A stretch of DNA of 64,000 bases from Candidatus Cloacimonadales bacterium (lineage in GTDB: Bacteria > Cloacimonadota > Cloacimonadia > Cloacimonadales > JAFGVF01), in NCBI GenBank assembly GCA_963678315.1, contig OY782781.1:64001-128000 (forward strand), given 5' to 3'. The translations under genes were made by a program, and so were the position numbers. Below the pieces are notes generated by a model, which was not told the origin of the DNA, did not search any database, and saw only the letters and a list, made by a program, of their open reading frames with translations. This document shows, one piece after another, positions 10,579-18,839 of this stretch (position 1 is the stretch's first letter; the number at the start of each line of letters is the position of its first letter).

Positions 10579-10719
10579 ATGGAAAAATACGAATGCTTAG
10601 CATGTGGATACATTTATGATCCAGCAGAAAATAACAATGTTGCATTTGAAGACCTACCAGAAGATTGGACTTGTCCTCTTTGCGGTGTTGGTAAAGACAT
10701 GTTTCAAGTAGTTGAATAA
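10579..10719 (+). CDS. Rubredoxin, short form (46 aa)
   Basis: Not in the ORF track. [54 protein letters not shown], two CxxCG knuckles. Confidence 0.95.
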   Translation: MEKYECLACGYIYDPAENNNVAFEDLPEDWTCPLCGVGKDMFQVVE

Positions 10720-10742
10720 TATACGTTCTTAGTAATAACTAG

Positions 10743-10774
10743 AGAGTCTCGGCTAAGGTCGAGACTCTTTTTTT
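10743..10774 (+). terminator. Intrinsic terminator
   Basis: AGAGTCTCG-GCTAAGGT-CGAGACTCT followed by T-run. Confidence 0.85.
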
Positions 10775-10804
10775 ATGCTTAAACAATATAAAAGCTTTTT
10801 TTTA

Positions 10805-10833
10805 TTGACAATGTATAAAAATCAACCTAATAT
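10805..10833 (+). promoter_or_regulatory. Sigma70-like promoter
   Basis: TTGACA-17 nt-TAATAT upstream of 10870. Confidence 0.5.
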
Positions 10834-10869
10834 GTATATAATGATAATATATGTAATAAGGAGATAAAT

Positions 10870-11355
10870 ATGCAAAATTTATCAGTTAATGAAGTTATTG
10901 AATTTGCCCTCAATATAGAAAGAAATGGCAAAGCATTCTATGAATCAGCACTAGAAAGAAAAGACCTCCAAGAAACAGCTAGAGAAATTATCACTGACCT
11001 CCGTAATGAAGAGATTAATCACGAAAACTACTTCAAGACTCTTCGTGACCAAGATGATTTAGCAGAGTTAATTGATCCTGATGGTTGGGATATGACCTCA
11101 TCTTACCTTGATTCAATAATCAAAGCTCATATCTTCACAAAAGAAGGTGCTGCAATTAAATTAGCTACTGAAGCAAGAGATACTATGGAGATTCTTGAAT
11201 TTGCAATGCAATTTGAAAAAGATACTCTTCTATACTTCCACTCTCTTTATAATGAAACAAAAGATGAAAAAGCTTCTAAAGCAATCGGAGCTATTATCAA
11301 AGAAGAAATGAAACATTTACAAAGATTACAAAATATAGTTAAAGAGTTGAGTTAG
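10870..11355 (+). CDS. Rubrerythrin/ferritin-like family protein (no rubredoxin domain)
   Basis: Two E..G..FY / EExxH di-iron half-motifs (IERNGKAFY, EEINH; FEKDTLLYF, EEMKH). Confidence 0.85.
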   Translation: MQNLSVNEVIEFALNIERNGKAFYESALERKDLQETAREIITDLRNEEINHENYFKTLRDQDDLAELIDPDGWDMTSSYLDSIIKAHIFTKEGAAIKLATEARDTMEILEFAMQFEKDTLLYFHSLYNETKDEKASKAIGAIIKEEMKHLQRLQNIVKELS

Positions 11356-11361
11356 TTAATT

Positions 11362-11847
11362 ATGGCTAAAGACATTTTCCAAGAAAATACACTTGCTCCT
11401 GACTTCTCTTTAGAAAACAAAGATGGAAGAATTATCTCAAAGAATGATTTCAAAGGGAAATGGATTGTTCTTTATTTCTATCCAAAGGATAATACTCCTG
11501 GATGCAGTGTTGAAGCTATGGATTTTACCAGACTTAAAGATGACTTCAACAAGCTCAATGCCGAGATAGTAGGAATCAGCATGGATTCAAAGGAAAGTCA
11601 TGCAAAATTCATTAATGATAAAGAACTTTCAATTGAACTATTGAGTGATACTGAACTTGAGACAATCAAAGTATACAAAGCTTGGGGTATCAAGAAGAAT
11701 TACGGAAAAGAATATGAAGGACTTATTCGTTCTACTGTTCTTATCAACCCTCAAGGGGAAATAGCTAAACATTGGAAAAATGTCCGAGCAAAAGGACATG
11801 CTGAAAGAGTGTTAAAAGAATTTAAAAAGTTGCTAGATAACCAATAA
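11362..11847 (+). CDS. bcp: Peroxiredoxin, BCP/PrxQ type
   Basis: YFYPKDNTPGC; RST..I..G. Confidence 0.92.
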   Translation: MAKDIFQENTLAPDFSLENKDGRIISKNDFKGKWIVLYFYPKDNTPGCSVEAMDFTRLKDDFNKLNAEIVGISMDSKESHAKFINDKELSIELLSDTELETIKVYKAWGIKKNYGKEYEGLIRSTVLINPQGEIAKHWKNVRAKGHAERVLKEFKKLLDNQ

Positions 11848-11861
11848 AAAAGGAGTATTTC

Positions 11862-12116
11862 ATGCAAAAAGACTACATGATTATATTAATCAATGCCCGT
11901 AAAGACGAAGCTGTGACAGTTCAAAAGATTTTAACAGAATGGGGATGTTTTATTAAAACCAGATTAGGACTTCATGGTGGAGTTCTTACTGATTGTACTG
12001 AAAATGGAACTGTTTTCTTAGAATTAGCTGGAGATAAAGCAAAACATGAAGAGTTAAATAGAAAACTAAATCTTCTTAAAGGTGTATCAGCTAAAATTAT
12101 TGCTATGGAAGTATAA
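11862..12116 (+). CDS. Small ACT-like protein resembling the TM1266/iron-only hydrogenase regulator family
   Basis: VQKILTEWGCFIKTRLGLH...L...GV pattern. Confidence 0.6.
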   Translation: MQKDYMIILINARKDEAVTVQKILTEWGCFIKTRLGLHGGVLTDCTENGTVFLELAGDKAKHEELNRKLNLLKGVSAKIIAMEV

Positions 12117-12152
12117 GTTTCCTAGAGAATTTCAATAATTATAACTTAATAT

Positions 12153-12186
12153 GAGAGTTCTACTGCAATAGGACTCTCTTTTCTTA
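12153..12186 (+). terminator. Intrinsic terminator
   Basis: GAGAGTTCTA...TAGGACTCTC then TTTTCTT. Confidence 0.7.
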
Positions 12187-12317
12187 ACCAATAAATGATA
12201 AATAAAGTAGAATAATTAGCATACAAGAAAGCACCATATATTACTATTCTGCAAATAATTATACTTCCAAACTAACAATTAGACCTTAGAATTTTTGTAT
12301 TTTTATTAAAAAAGTTA

Positions 12318-12346
12318 TTGACAAGAAATCAAGCAAAAACTAATTT
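12318..12346 (+). promoter_or_regulatory. Promoter of tRNA pair
   Basis: TTGACA-17 nt-TAATTT about 30 nt upstream of tRNA-Lys. Confidence 0.65.
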
Positions 12347-12376
12347 GATTAAACATTGCTTAACAGCAGTGATTTT

Positions 12377-12451
12377 GGTCCAGTAACTCAGTGGTAGAGT
12401 ATCTGCCTTTTAAGTAGAGAGTCGATGGTTCGAGCCCATCCTGGATCACCA
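12377..12451 (+). tRNA. tRNA-Lys(UUU)
   Basis: Acceptor GGTCCAG/CTGGATC, D arm ACTC/GAGT, anticodon loop CTTTTAA, T arm GATGG-TTCGAGC-CCATC, encoded CCA. Confidence 0.97.
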
Positions 12452-12455
12452 TTTT

Positions 12456-12530
12456 GACCCCTTCGTCTAGTGGTTAGGACTCAAGATTTTCATTCTTGCA
12501 ACAGGAGTTCGATTCTCCTAGGGGTCGCCA
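12456..12530 (+). tRNA. tRNA-Glu(UUC)
   Basis: Acceptor GACCCCT/AGGGGTC, anticodon stem CAAGA/TCTTG with loop TTTTCAT, T arm AGGAG-TTCGATT-CTCCT, encoded CCA. Confidence 0.97.
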
Positions 12531-12561
12531 AAAAGCCTATCAGCGTGATGGGCTTTTTTTT
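12531..12561 (+). terminator. Intrinsic terminator after tRNAs
   Basis: AAAAGCCTATCA-GCG-TGATGGGCTTTT plus T-run. Confidence 0.85.
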
Positions 12562-12647
12562 ATTTATCCAAACAATTATTCCTCATCCTCAAAAAATATA
12601 TTGCACAAATATTCCCGAATACAATTATTGAATTATGAGAGGTCTAT

Positions 12648-13271
12648 ATGAAAAAAATAATTAAACTCCTTATGCTGATTGCATTATTAATTGTTGTAGG
12701 ATGTGAAGATGGTGGTAAGATTAAAGTAGTAAATAACACGTCATATAATTTATATACAAGCATAGAAAATAAAGATTATACTATTGCGGGAAATTCTGAA
12801 ATATCAGTAGAAGTATCAACCGATGATAAAGTATTCTTACTAGATGATGGTGAAACAAAGAAGAACATTACCATAGTTGGAGAAACATATAGCATGTATG
12901 ACTCTTACCAACAAGAATTCCCAACTACAACCTCAGTGAAGGTAAACCCTGGGGAAACTACTAAGATTTATTGTTCTCCAAACTACGCTTCCTTAAAAGT
13001 AATAAACAACTATGAACTTGGTATATCTAAAATTAGGTTCAGGCAAGTTAACCAGTTTGTTACCCAAGAGTGGAACGAGAAAAGTTATGCTGTCCCATTT
13101 AATAATGGTGATTTCAGGTACATACATTTAGTTCCACAAACTGAAGAAAACAGATTCTGGTACAACTTTGAAGTTCAATTCGAAGATGGAACTGTAATTC
13201 CTTATGGAACTGAATATGAAGGACATTTCTTAAATCTAGATGAGCAATATCTAATAGAATATAACAACTAA
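12648..13271 (+). CDS. Hypothetical lipoprotein
   Basis: Lipobox VVGC; beta-rich; GAGG RBS. Confidence 0.75.
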   Translation: MKKIIKLLMLIALLIVVGCEDGGKIKVVNNTSYNLYTSIENKDYTIAGNSEISVEVSTDDKVFLLDDGETKKNITIVGETYSMYDSYQQEFPTTTSVKVNPGETTKIYCSPNYASLKVINNYELGISKIRFRQVNQFVTQEWNEKSYAVPFNNGDFRYIHLVPQTEENRFWYNFEVQFEDGTVIPYGTEYEGHFLNLDEQYLIEYNN

Positions 13272-13306
13272 TTTTTTCCTTTACTTGATTATTTATGTAA
13301 TAATTA

Positions 13307-13336
13307 AAGAGAGTGAACATCTATTCACTCTCTTTT
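13307..13336. terminator. Probable bidirectional terminator between convergent genes
   Basis: AAAGAGAGTGAA-CATCTA-TTCACTCTCTTT. Confidence 0.7.
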
Positions 13337-13379
13337 AGTTTTATATCATTATATAGTAGCTTACAGTATCATGTTCAAA

Positions 13380-14744
13380 TTAATCAATTACCTTCATACT
13401 CTTCCACTTACCCTGTCTGAATCTAATAATAAAGATTATACAGAACAACAAGAAGCAAGAAACAACAGCAGCCCAACCCATTACTGCATTGAGTTTTAAG
13501 ACTTTTATAGCTATGTATAGTAAAGCAACTGCCAACCAATGCACAAATACAGCTGCCATCATAGTCCAATGAGTATCACCAGCTCCTCTTAATGCCCCAA
13601 CCATAGCCACAAGGATTGCATCAGCAAGCACATAAATAGTTGCCACCCTTAGCATATTTACAGCAATTGGAAAGGCCTTATTAAAGACAGTTAAATCTCC
13701 ATCTGGCTTAAACATGTTTACTAGAATGCCAGGAACAAAGACGTATAGAACAAAGATTAATGCAGAGTAGATTAAACCTGTTTTTACACCTGACATTGCT
13801 GATTTCGTAGCACTCTTTATATCCCCTGCTCCAATATATTTACCCACTAAGCTTGTTACACCAATTTCAACACCTATCAATGGCATGAAGGAAACATAAT
13901 CCCAGTTGAACATTATTGTAGAAGCAGTAGCAACAACTTCCCCTTCTGAATGGAAGATAAAAGTTAATGTTGTAAAAGCAGCTAAACATAAGAAATGTTC
14001 AATTCCTTGTGGGAAACCGAACCACAGCAATTTCTTCAATATATCCCAATTGAAAGATAACTTTCTATGAGTCTCAAAGCTTTCTCTCACTCTTTTTCCG
14101 AAATATACAGATATCAAGATTAAAACACCTATAGCAGAACCAATTATAGTTCCTATTGCAGCACCCTTAATCCCTAATTTAGGCATACCAAATTTACCAA
14201 AAATTAAGACATAGTTCAATCCAACATTTGCTATCATTGATGAGACAGCTGCAATCATGACGTATTTTGTCTTTCCTATACCAGAAAAGAAAGAGCTAAA
14301 AGCGGTTCTAAGAAGCATGAAGATAGAGCCCCAGAGAAGAATCGATAGATAATCCATTTGCAGATATAATTGTTTCTCAGGTAATCCCATGTTTGCGAAA
14401 ATCACTTCCGCAATTGGCACCATAATTAATAGAATTGGGTAAGAAGCTAAAGCCATTAATATTGCATGAAAGGTTGTGTTGGCTGACTTGTGTTTTTGCC
14501 CAGACCCTAAATATTGAGCAACCAATGCTGTTGAATATCCTATAAGACCTGTGAAGAATATTGCTAAAGTAGTTAAGAATAGTCCTCCTCCAAGAGAAGC
14601 ATTCATATGATCTGTGCTTAATCTAGATAAGAATATTCTATCTGTGAATGTCATGACTGCATCGCATCCCATAGACACTAACATAGGGAATGCTATTGCT
14701 AACATCTCGTAAATACCACCCTTAGGGTGTTTTGAATTATACAT
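13380..14744 (-). CDS. MATE family efflux transporter
   Basis: About 12 TM segments; VAQYLGSG, NYVLIFGKFGMPKLGIKGAAIGT, ALRGAGDT; GAGGA RBS favours start 14744. Confidence 0.92.
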   Translation of the reverse strand: MYNSKHPKGGIYEMLAIAFPMLVSMGCDAVMTFTDRIFLSRLSTDHMNASLGGGLFLTTLAIFFTGLIGYSTALVAQYLGSGQKHKSANTTFHAILMALASYPILLIMVPIAEVIFANMGLPEKQLYLQMDYLSILLWGSIFMLLRTAFSSFFSGIGKTKYVMIAAVSSMIANVGLNYVLIFGKFGMPKLGIKGAAIGTIIGSAIGVLILISVYFGKRVRESFETHRKLSFNWDILKKLLWFGFPQGIEHFLCLAAFTTLTFIFHSEGEVVATASTIMFNWDYVSFMPLIGVEIGVTSLVGKYIGAGDIKSATKSAMSGVKTGLIYSALIFVLYVFVPGILVNMFKPDGDLTVFNKAFPIAVNMLRVATIYVLADAILVAMVGALRGAGDTHWTMMAAVFVHWLAVALLYIAIKVLKLNAVMGWAAVVSCFLLFCIIFIIRFRQGKWKSMKVID

Positions 14745-14872
14745 TGTTTCCTCTAACATAAAATAATTACTGCCAAACATAAACTTCTAACTATTTCTGC
14801 AAGGAATAATTAAATAATTCTTGACTATAAAATCTATTGATACACTTTTATAAAAAACTTTTAGGAGCAGAA

Positions 14873-15478
14873 ATGAAAAAATTAATAATAGTATTAGCAA
14901 TCATAGCAGTATTGATACTGTTAAGTTACACTTATGTAAAAGGTATCTACAATAACATCGTTGAAAAGGACCAAGGCATCAAATCAGCATGGGGTCAAGT
15001 AGAAAACGTTTATCAAAGTAGATTTGATAAGATTCCACAACTAGTTAATGTTGTAAAAGGTTATAAAAACCATGAACAATCTACTTTAATTGCAGTTACT
15101 GAAGCTAGAGCTAAAGTTGGTGGAGTAATGAAGATAGACCCTAAAGATATTGGAGATCCTGAAAAACTGAAAGCTTTCCAACAAGCACAAAATTCTTTAG
15201 GTGGTGCTTTACAAAGATTAATGGTTGTTCAAGAAAGATATCCTGAATTAAAAGCAAATGAAAACTTCTTAAGACTACAAGATGAGATTTCAGCTACTGA
15301 GAATAGCATCAAAATTGAAAGAAGAAGATTCAATGAAGAAGTTAAAAGCTACAATGTGTATATCAAGAAATTCCCTCAAGTTATTTTAGCTAATAGCATG
15401 GGTTATACAGAAAAAGCTTACTTCTCAGCTGCTGAAGGGTCTGACAAAGCTCCAGATACAAGTTTTGAGGATAAATAA
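14873..15478 (+). CDS. lemA: LemA family protein
   Basis: AWGQVENVYQSRFDKIP, ERYPELKANENF, RRRFN; AGGAG RBS before 14873. Confidence 0.95.
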   Translation: MKKLIIVLAIIAVLILLSYTYVKGIYNNIVEKDQGIKSAWGQVENVYQSRFDKIPQLVNVVKGYKNHEQSTLIAVTEARAKVGGVMKIDPKDIGDPEKLKAFQQAQNSLGGALQRLMVVQERYPELKANENFLRLQDEISATENSIKIERRRFNEEVKSYNVYIKKFPQVILANSMGYTEKAYFSAAEGSDKAPDTSFEDK

Positions 15479-16140
15479 TGGCATTCTTAACTAAAGAAGA
15501 ATCTAGCAAAGTTTCTGAAGCTATCAAAAAAGCTGAAAGTAAAACTTCAGGGGAAATAGCTGTTGTAATAGCTAAACAAAGCTCAGATTATGCTGTCTAT
15601 GAATTAACTATTGCTCTCGTTATTGGTGTAGTTTCATTAGTTGCTGGATTAGTTTATTATAATGAAATAGAATCATGTTTAAGTAACATGTTTTGGGAAA
15701 GTTCAGCTAGATTAACAGCAAGTGTGATTGGATTAGGTGCTTTTGTGTTAATTACCATATTATATTTCCTATTCAATATACCATTTCTTGATAGACTCAT
15801 TGTACCTAAGAAAGTTATGACTGAAAAAGTTAAACAACACTCAGAATACAACTTCTTAATCAACGGTGTACACAAAACAAGAGATAGAACAGGTGTTCTT
15901 ATTTACATCTCTAGACTTGAAAAGCAAGTAAGAATCTTGGCTGATACTGGTATCGCTGAAATATATCCAAATTCATCTTGGCAAAAACAAGTTGATAGAA
16001 TTGTTCAAGGTATTAAAAGTGATAAGCTTGGAGAAGACTTATCACAAGTGATATTAACTATAGGGGAAGTCCTAACTACAAACTTCCCAATCAAAGATGA
16101 TGACACTAATGAACTATCTGACAGGGTAAAGGAGATCTAA
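15478..16140 (+). CDS. TPM-domain membrane protein
   Basis: AESKTSGEIAV, TRDRTGVLIYIS..E..V.ILAD.GI, NELSD. Confidence 0.9.
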   Translation: MAFLTKEESSKVSEAIKKAESKTSGEIAVVIAKQSSDYAVYELTIALVIGVVSLVAGLVYYNEIESCLSNMFWESSARLTASVIGLGAFVLITILYFLFNIPFLDRLIVPKKVMTEKVKQHSEYNFLINGVHKTRDRTGVLIYISRLEKQVRILADTGIAEIYPNSSWQKQVDRIVQGIKSDKLGEDLSQVILTIGEVLTTNFPIKDDDTNELSDRVKEI

Positions 16141-16141
16141 T

Positions 16142-16858
16142 ATGAAAAAACTTATATCAATAATAGCTATTCTCCTTGCGTTTGTTGCTTTATCGGCTAT
16201 CAATTTTCCTAAATTAAATAGTCAGGTAGTGGATGATGCTAATATCTTTTCTAGTAACCAAGAAAGAGAGCTAGAATCTAAACTTCGTGGCATGTTGAGA
16301 TCCTCAGATATTGAAGCTGTGGTAGTTTCGGTTAAATCTTTGGAAGGCTATTCTGTAGAAGACTATACTATTCGTTTAGCTGAAGAATGGAAAGTTGGTA
16401 GAAAGGATAAAGACAACGGACTTATCTTGCTTATTGCTCCTAATGAGCGTAAAGTTAGAATTGAGGTCGGTTATGGCTTAGAAGCTAATCTTACAGCTGG
16501 GCAAGCAGGATATGTTATCAGGTCAAGTATTTTACCTGAACTTAGAAAAGGTGATTATTATCAAGGAACAGTTGCTGGTTTAACTCAGATAAATAATGTC
16601 ATTACAGGTGAAGAAACTATTACTAAAGCCGACATTAAAAATTCTAGAAAAAAGAAATCACGTGGTTCAGTTATTGGTTACTTAATCTTTTTAATCATAA
16701 TATCATCATTATTTAGAGGAAGATTATTCCCTCTACTTTTCCTTGGAAGCTTCATGGGCGGAAACCATCGTGGAGGTGGTGGAGGCTTCGGTGGAGGCGG
16801 AGGATTCTCTGGTGGAGGTGGTGGCTTCGGAGGCGGTGGAGCTTCAGGAAGCTGGTAA
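16142..16858 (+). CDS. TPM-domain (YgcG-like) protein
   Basis: VVDDA, DNGLILLIA..ERKVRIEVGYGLE, Gly-rich tail ending GGGASGSW. Confidence 0.93.
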   Translation: MKKLISIIAILLAFVALSAINFPKLNSQVVDDANIFSSNQERELESKLRGMLRSSDIEAVVVSVKSLEGYSVEDYTIRLAEEWKVGRKDKDNGLILLIAPNERKVRIEVGYGLEANLTAGQAGYVIRSSILPELRKGDYYQGTVAGLTQINNVITGEETITKADIKNSRKKKSRGSVIGYLIFLIIISSLFRGRLFPLLFLGSFMGGNHRGGGGGFGGGGGFSGGGGGFGGGGASGSW

Positions 16859-16875
16859 AACCAGTAAGGGTTTCT

Positions 16876-17580
16876 ATGTCATGTAGTGTTGATTTATATC
16901 TTATTAAATTATCAGATTATTTGCATTTAGCAGACTCTTTAGCTGAATATCTTTCAGTTAAAGAGCTCTCTATTTGCCAAAATTATAGAGATGAGCAAAC
17001 TATGCTAAAAAAGAAGATAGCTTATAGCCTTCGAAAAATCATTTTAGCGTCTTTCCTTCATGTTACACCTGATTCGATTAAAAGGCTTGATATTGATAAT
17101 ATAAGTAATGATATGAATCCCATTTTCTATTATAGTACTTCTTACACACAAGACGTGATGGCTTTTGCTCTTTCTCAACAAGAGAATCTTGGACTTGATA
17201 TAGAAGCAATTGAAGATCTAGATGACTTAGAAGCTATGATGGATCAATATTGTTCAATCTATGAATTAGACTTTCTTGCAAAAGAAGCAGAAGAATTAAA
17301 ACTTCAATACTTTTATAATATATGGACTGCTAAGGAAGCATTTCTTAAAATGTTAAGAGTTGGTTTAGCTAGAGATTTATCAACTTTAACAGTTAATCAG
17401 ACTAATTATTCTTTTAATTATCCTGTTTATAAAGTGTTTTATAAAAAAAACCTTGTCAAAAATATTAAAATTGTCAATTTATATATAAGAAAGACAAATT
17501 GTATAATTTCTATTTGTAAAGACAGTAATTTTAAGTTGAACTTTAGAACTTTTAATCCTACAAGTTATTTATTGAGGTAA
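16876..17580 (+). CDS. Sfp-type 4'-phosphopantetheinyl transferase
   Basis: LGLDIE and FYNIWTAKEAFLKM..GL motifs. Confidence 0.85.
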   Translation: MSCSVDLYLIKLSDYLHLADSLAEYLSVKELSICQNYRDEQTMLKKKIAYSLRKIILASFLHVTPDSIKRLDIDNISNDMNPIFYYSTSYTQDVMAFALSQQENLGLDIEAIEDLDDLEAMMDQYCSIYELDFLAKEAEELKLQYFYNIWTAKEAFLKMLRVGLARDLSTLTVNQTNYSFNYPVYKVFYKKNLVKNIKIVNLYIRKTNCIISICKDSNFKLNFRTFNPTSYLLR

Positions 17581-17583
17581 GTT

Positions 17584-18726
17584 ATGGAAAAATATGATTT
17601 AAAAGCACGAGTTGATAATGAAGAGTTAGAACTCTACCATACAATTATATCTAATCATACAGACATAGTAAAGATTATTGATAAGCTACCTGTGTGGGTT
17701 CTAATATTAAATAACACACGTCAAACAGTATATTATAATGATAAAGTGTTTAGTGATTTAAATCTTTCTTCTCCAAAACAAATCATTGGATTAAGACCTG
17801 GTGAATTATTTAAATGCATTTATAGCGACTTAGATGTAAACGGTTGCGGAAACTCTGAATTCTGCAAATACTGTGGAGCACTCAACGCTATTTTAAAGTC
17901 TTTTGATGGTGATAAACAAAAAGAGGAATGCCATTTACTTATCGAAAGTAATGGAATAAAAGAAGCTCTTGACTTAGAGGTAACAGCTACTCCAATAAAT
18001 ATTGAAAACAAACCTCTAACCTTGTTTGTAATACAAGATATCAGTGCAGCAAATCGTAAGACTTACCTTGAACGTACTTTCTTACATGATATTGGAAACA
18101 CCGTTAGTGCTATTATTACAAGTACTGAGCTTATAAAAGAAGAAACTGATATGGAAGAAAAGGAAGAGCTTATCAACATGCTAATTCCTTCAGCTTATCA
18201 GCTTCTTGATGAAATCCAAGCACAATCTGAAATTAGAAAAGCAGAGAATCATGATTGGGATCCAAATATTTCTACCAAGTCTTCATATCAACTAATTCAA
18301 GAATGCATCAATATTGCTAAGAATTATATTATTGATGAAGATATTGCTTTATCATTTGCTGATAAATGCAAGAATTTTGAAGTAACCACTGAAGTTACTC
18401 TCCTCAAAAGAGTAATAATAAATATGCTAAAAAATGCTATCGAAGCATCCGATGGTAATGAAGTTATTCAAGTTTGTTGCCAACAAATAGATGAACTATC
18501 TTCAATCTTCTCAGTAAAGAATAATAAGTTCATTCCAGAACATGTAATGAAACAACTCTTCCAAAGATCTTTCTCAACTAAAGGTAAAGGTCGTGGTATC
18601 GGAACTTATAGCATGAAGATTCTTGCAGAGAACTACTTAAAAGGTCAAATAAACGTTCAATCAGATGAAGAAAAAGGAACTATATTCTCTGTAATAATTC
18701 CTACTGTATTAAAGAAGAAAGCATAA
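17584..18726 (+). CDS. Cytoplasmic sensor histidine kinase (PAS-like N-terminus with Cys cluster)
   Basis: H-box FLHDIGN, N-box NMLKNAIEA, G-box FSTKGKGRGIG. Confidence 0.85.
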   Translation: MEKYDLKARVDNEELELYHTIISNHTDIVKIIDKLPVWVLILNNTRQTVYYNDKVFSDLNLSSPKQIIGLRPGELFKCIYSDLDVNGCGNSEFCKYCGALNAILKSFDGDKQKEECHLLIESNGIKEALDLEVTATPINIENKPLTLFVIQDISAANRKTYLERTFLHDIGNTVSAIITSTELIKEETDMEEKEELINMLIPSAYQLLDEIQAQSEIRKAENHDWDPNISTKSSYQLIQECINIAKNYIIDEDIALSFADKCKNFEVTTEVTLLKRVIINMLKNAIEASDGNEVIQVCCQQIDELSSIFSVKNNKFIPEHVMKQLFQRSFSTKGKGRGIGTYSMKILAENYLKGQINVQSDEEKGTIFSVIIPTVLKKKA

Positions 18727-18839
18727 ATATTATAAATCAAGTTAAAGATTGATTTAACCTACTTTGGTCCAATAGCATAGAAAAACTACATAGTTGATCT
18801 AATCTACTTAAAGAGTTTTCTTATGCTTTTGCTCCTCTT

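Noticed and set aside
12377..12530. tRNA genes as an integration site for the accessory region
   Set aside because: No duplicated tRNA 3' end and no integrase seen in the window.
16771..16850. GC-rich GGN repeat
   Set aside because: Normal Gly-rich tail of TPM/YgcG proteins.
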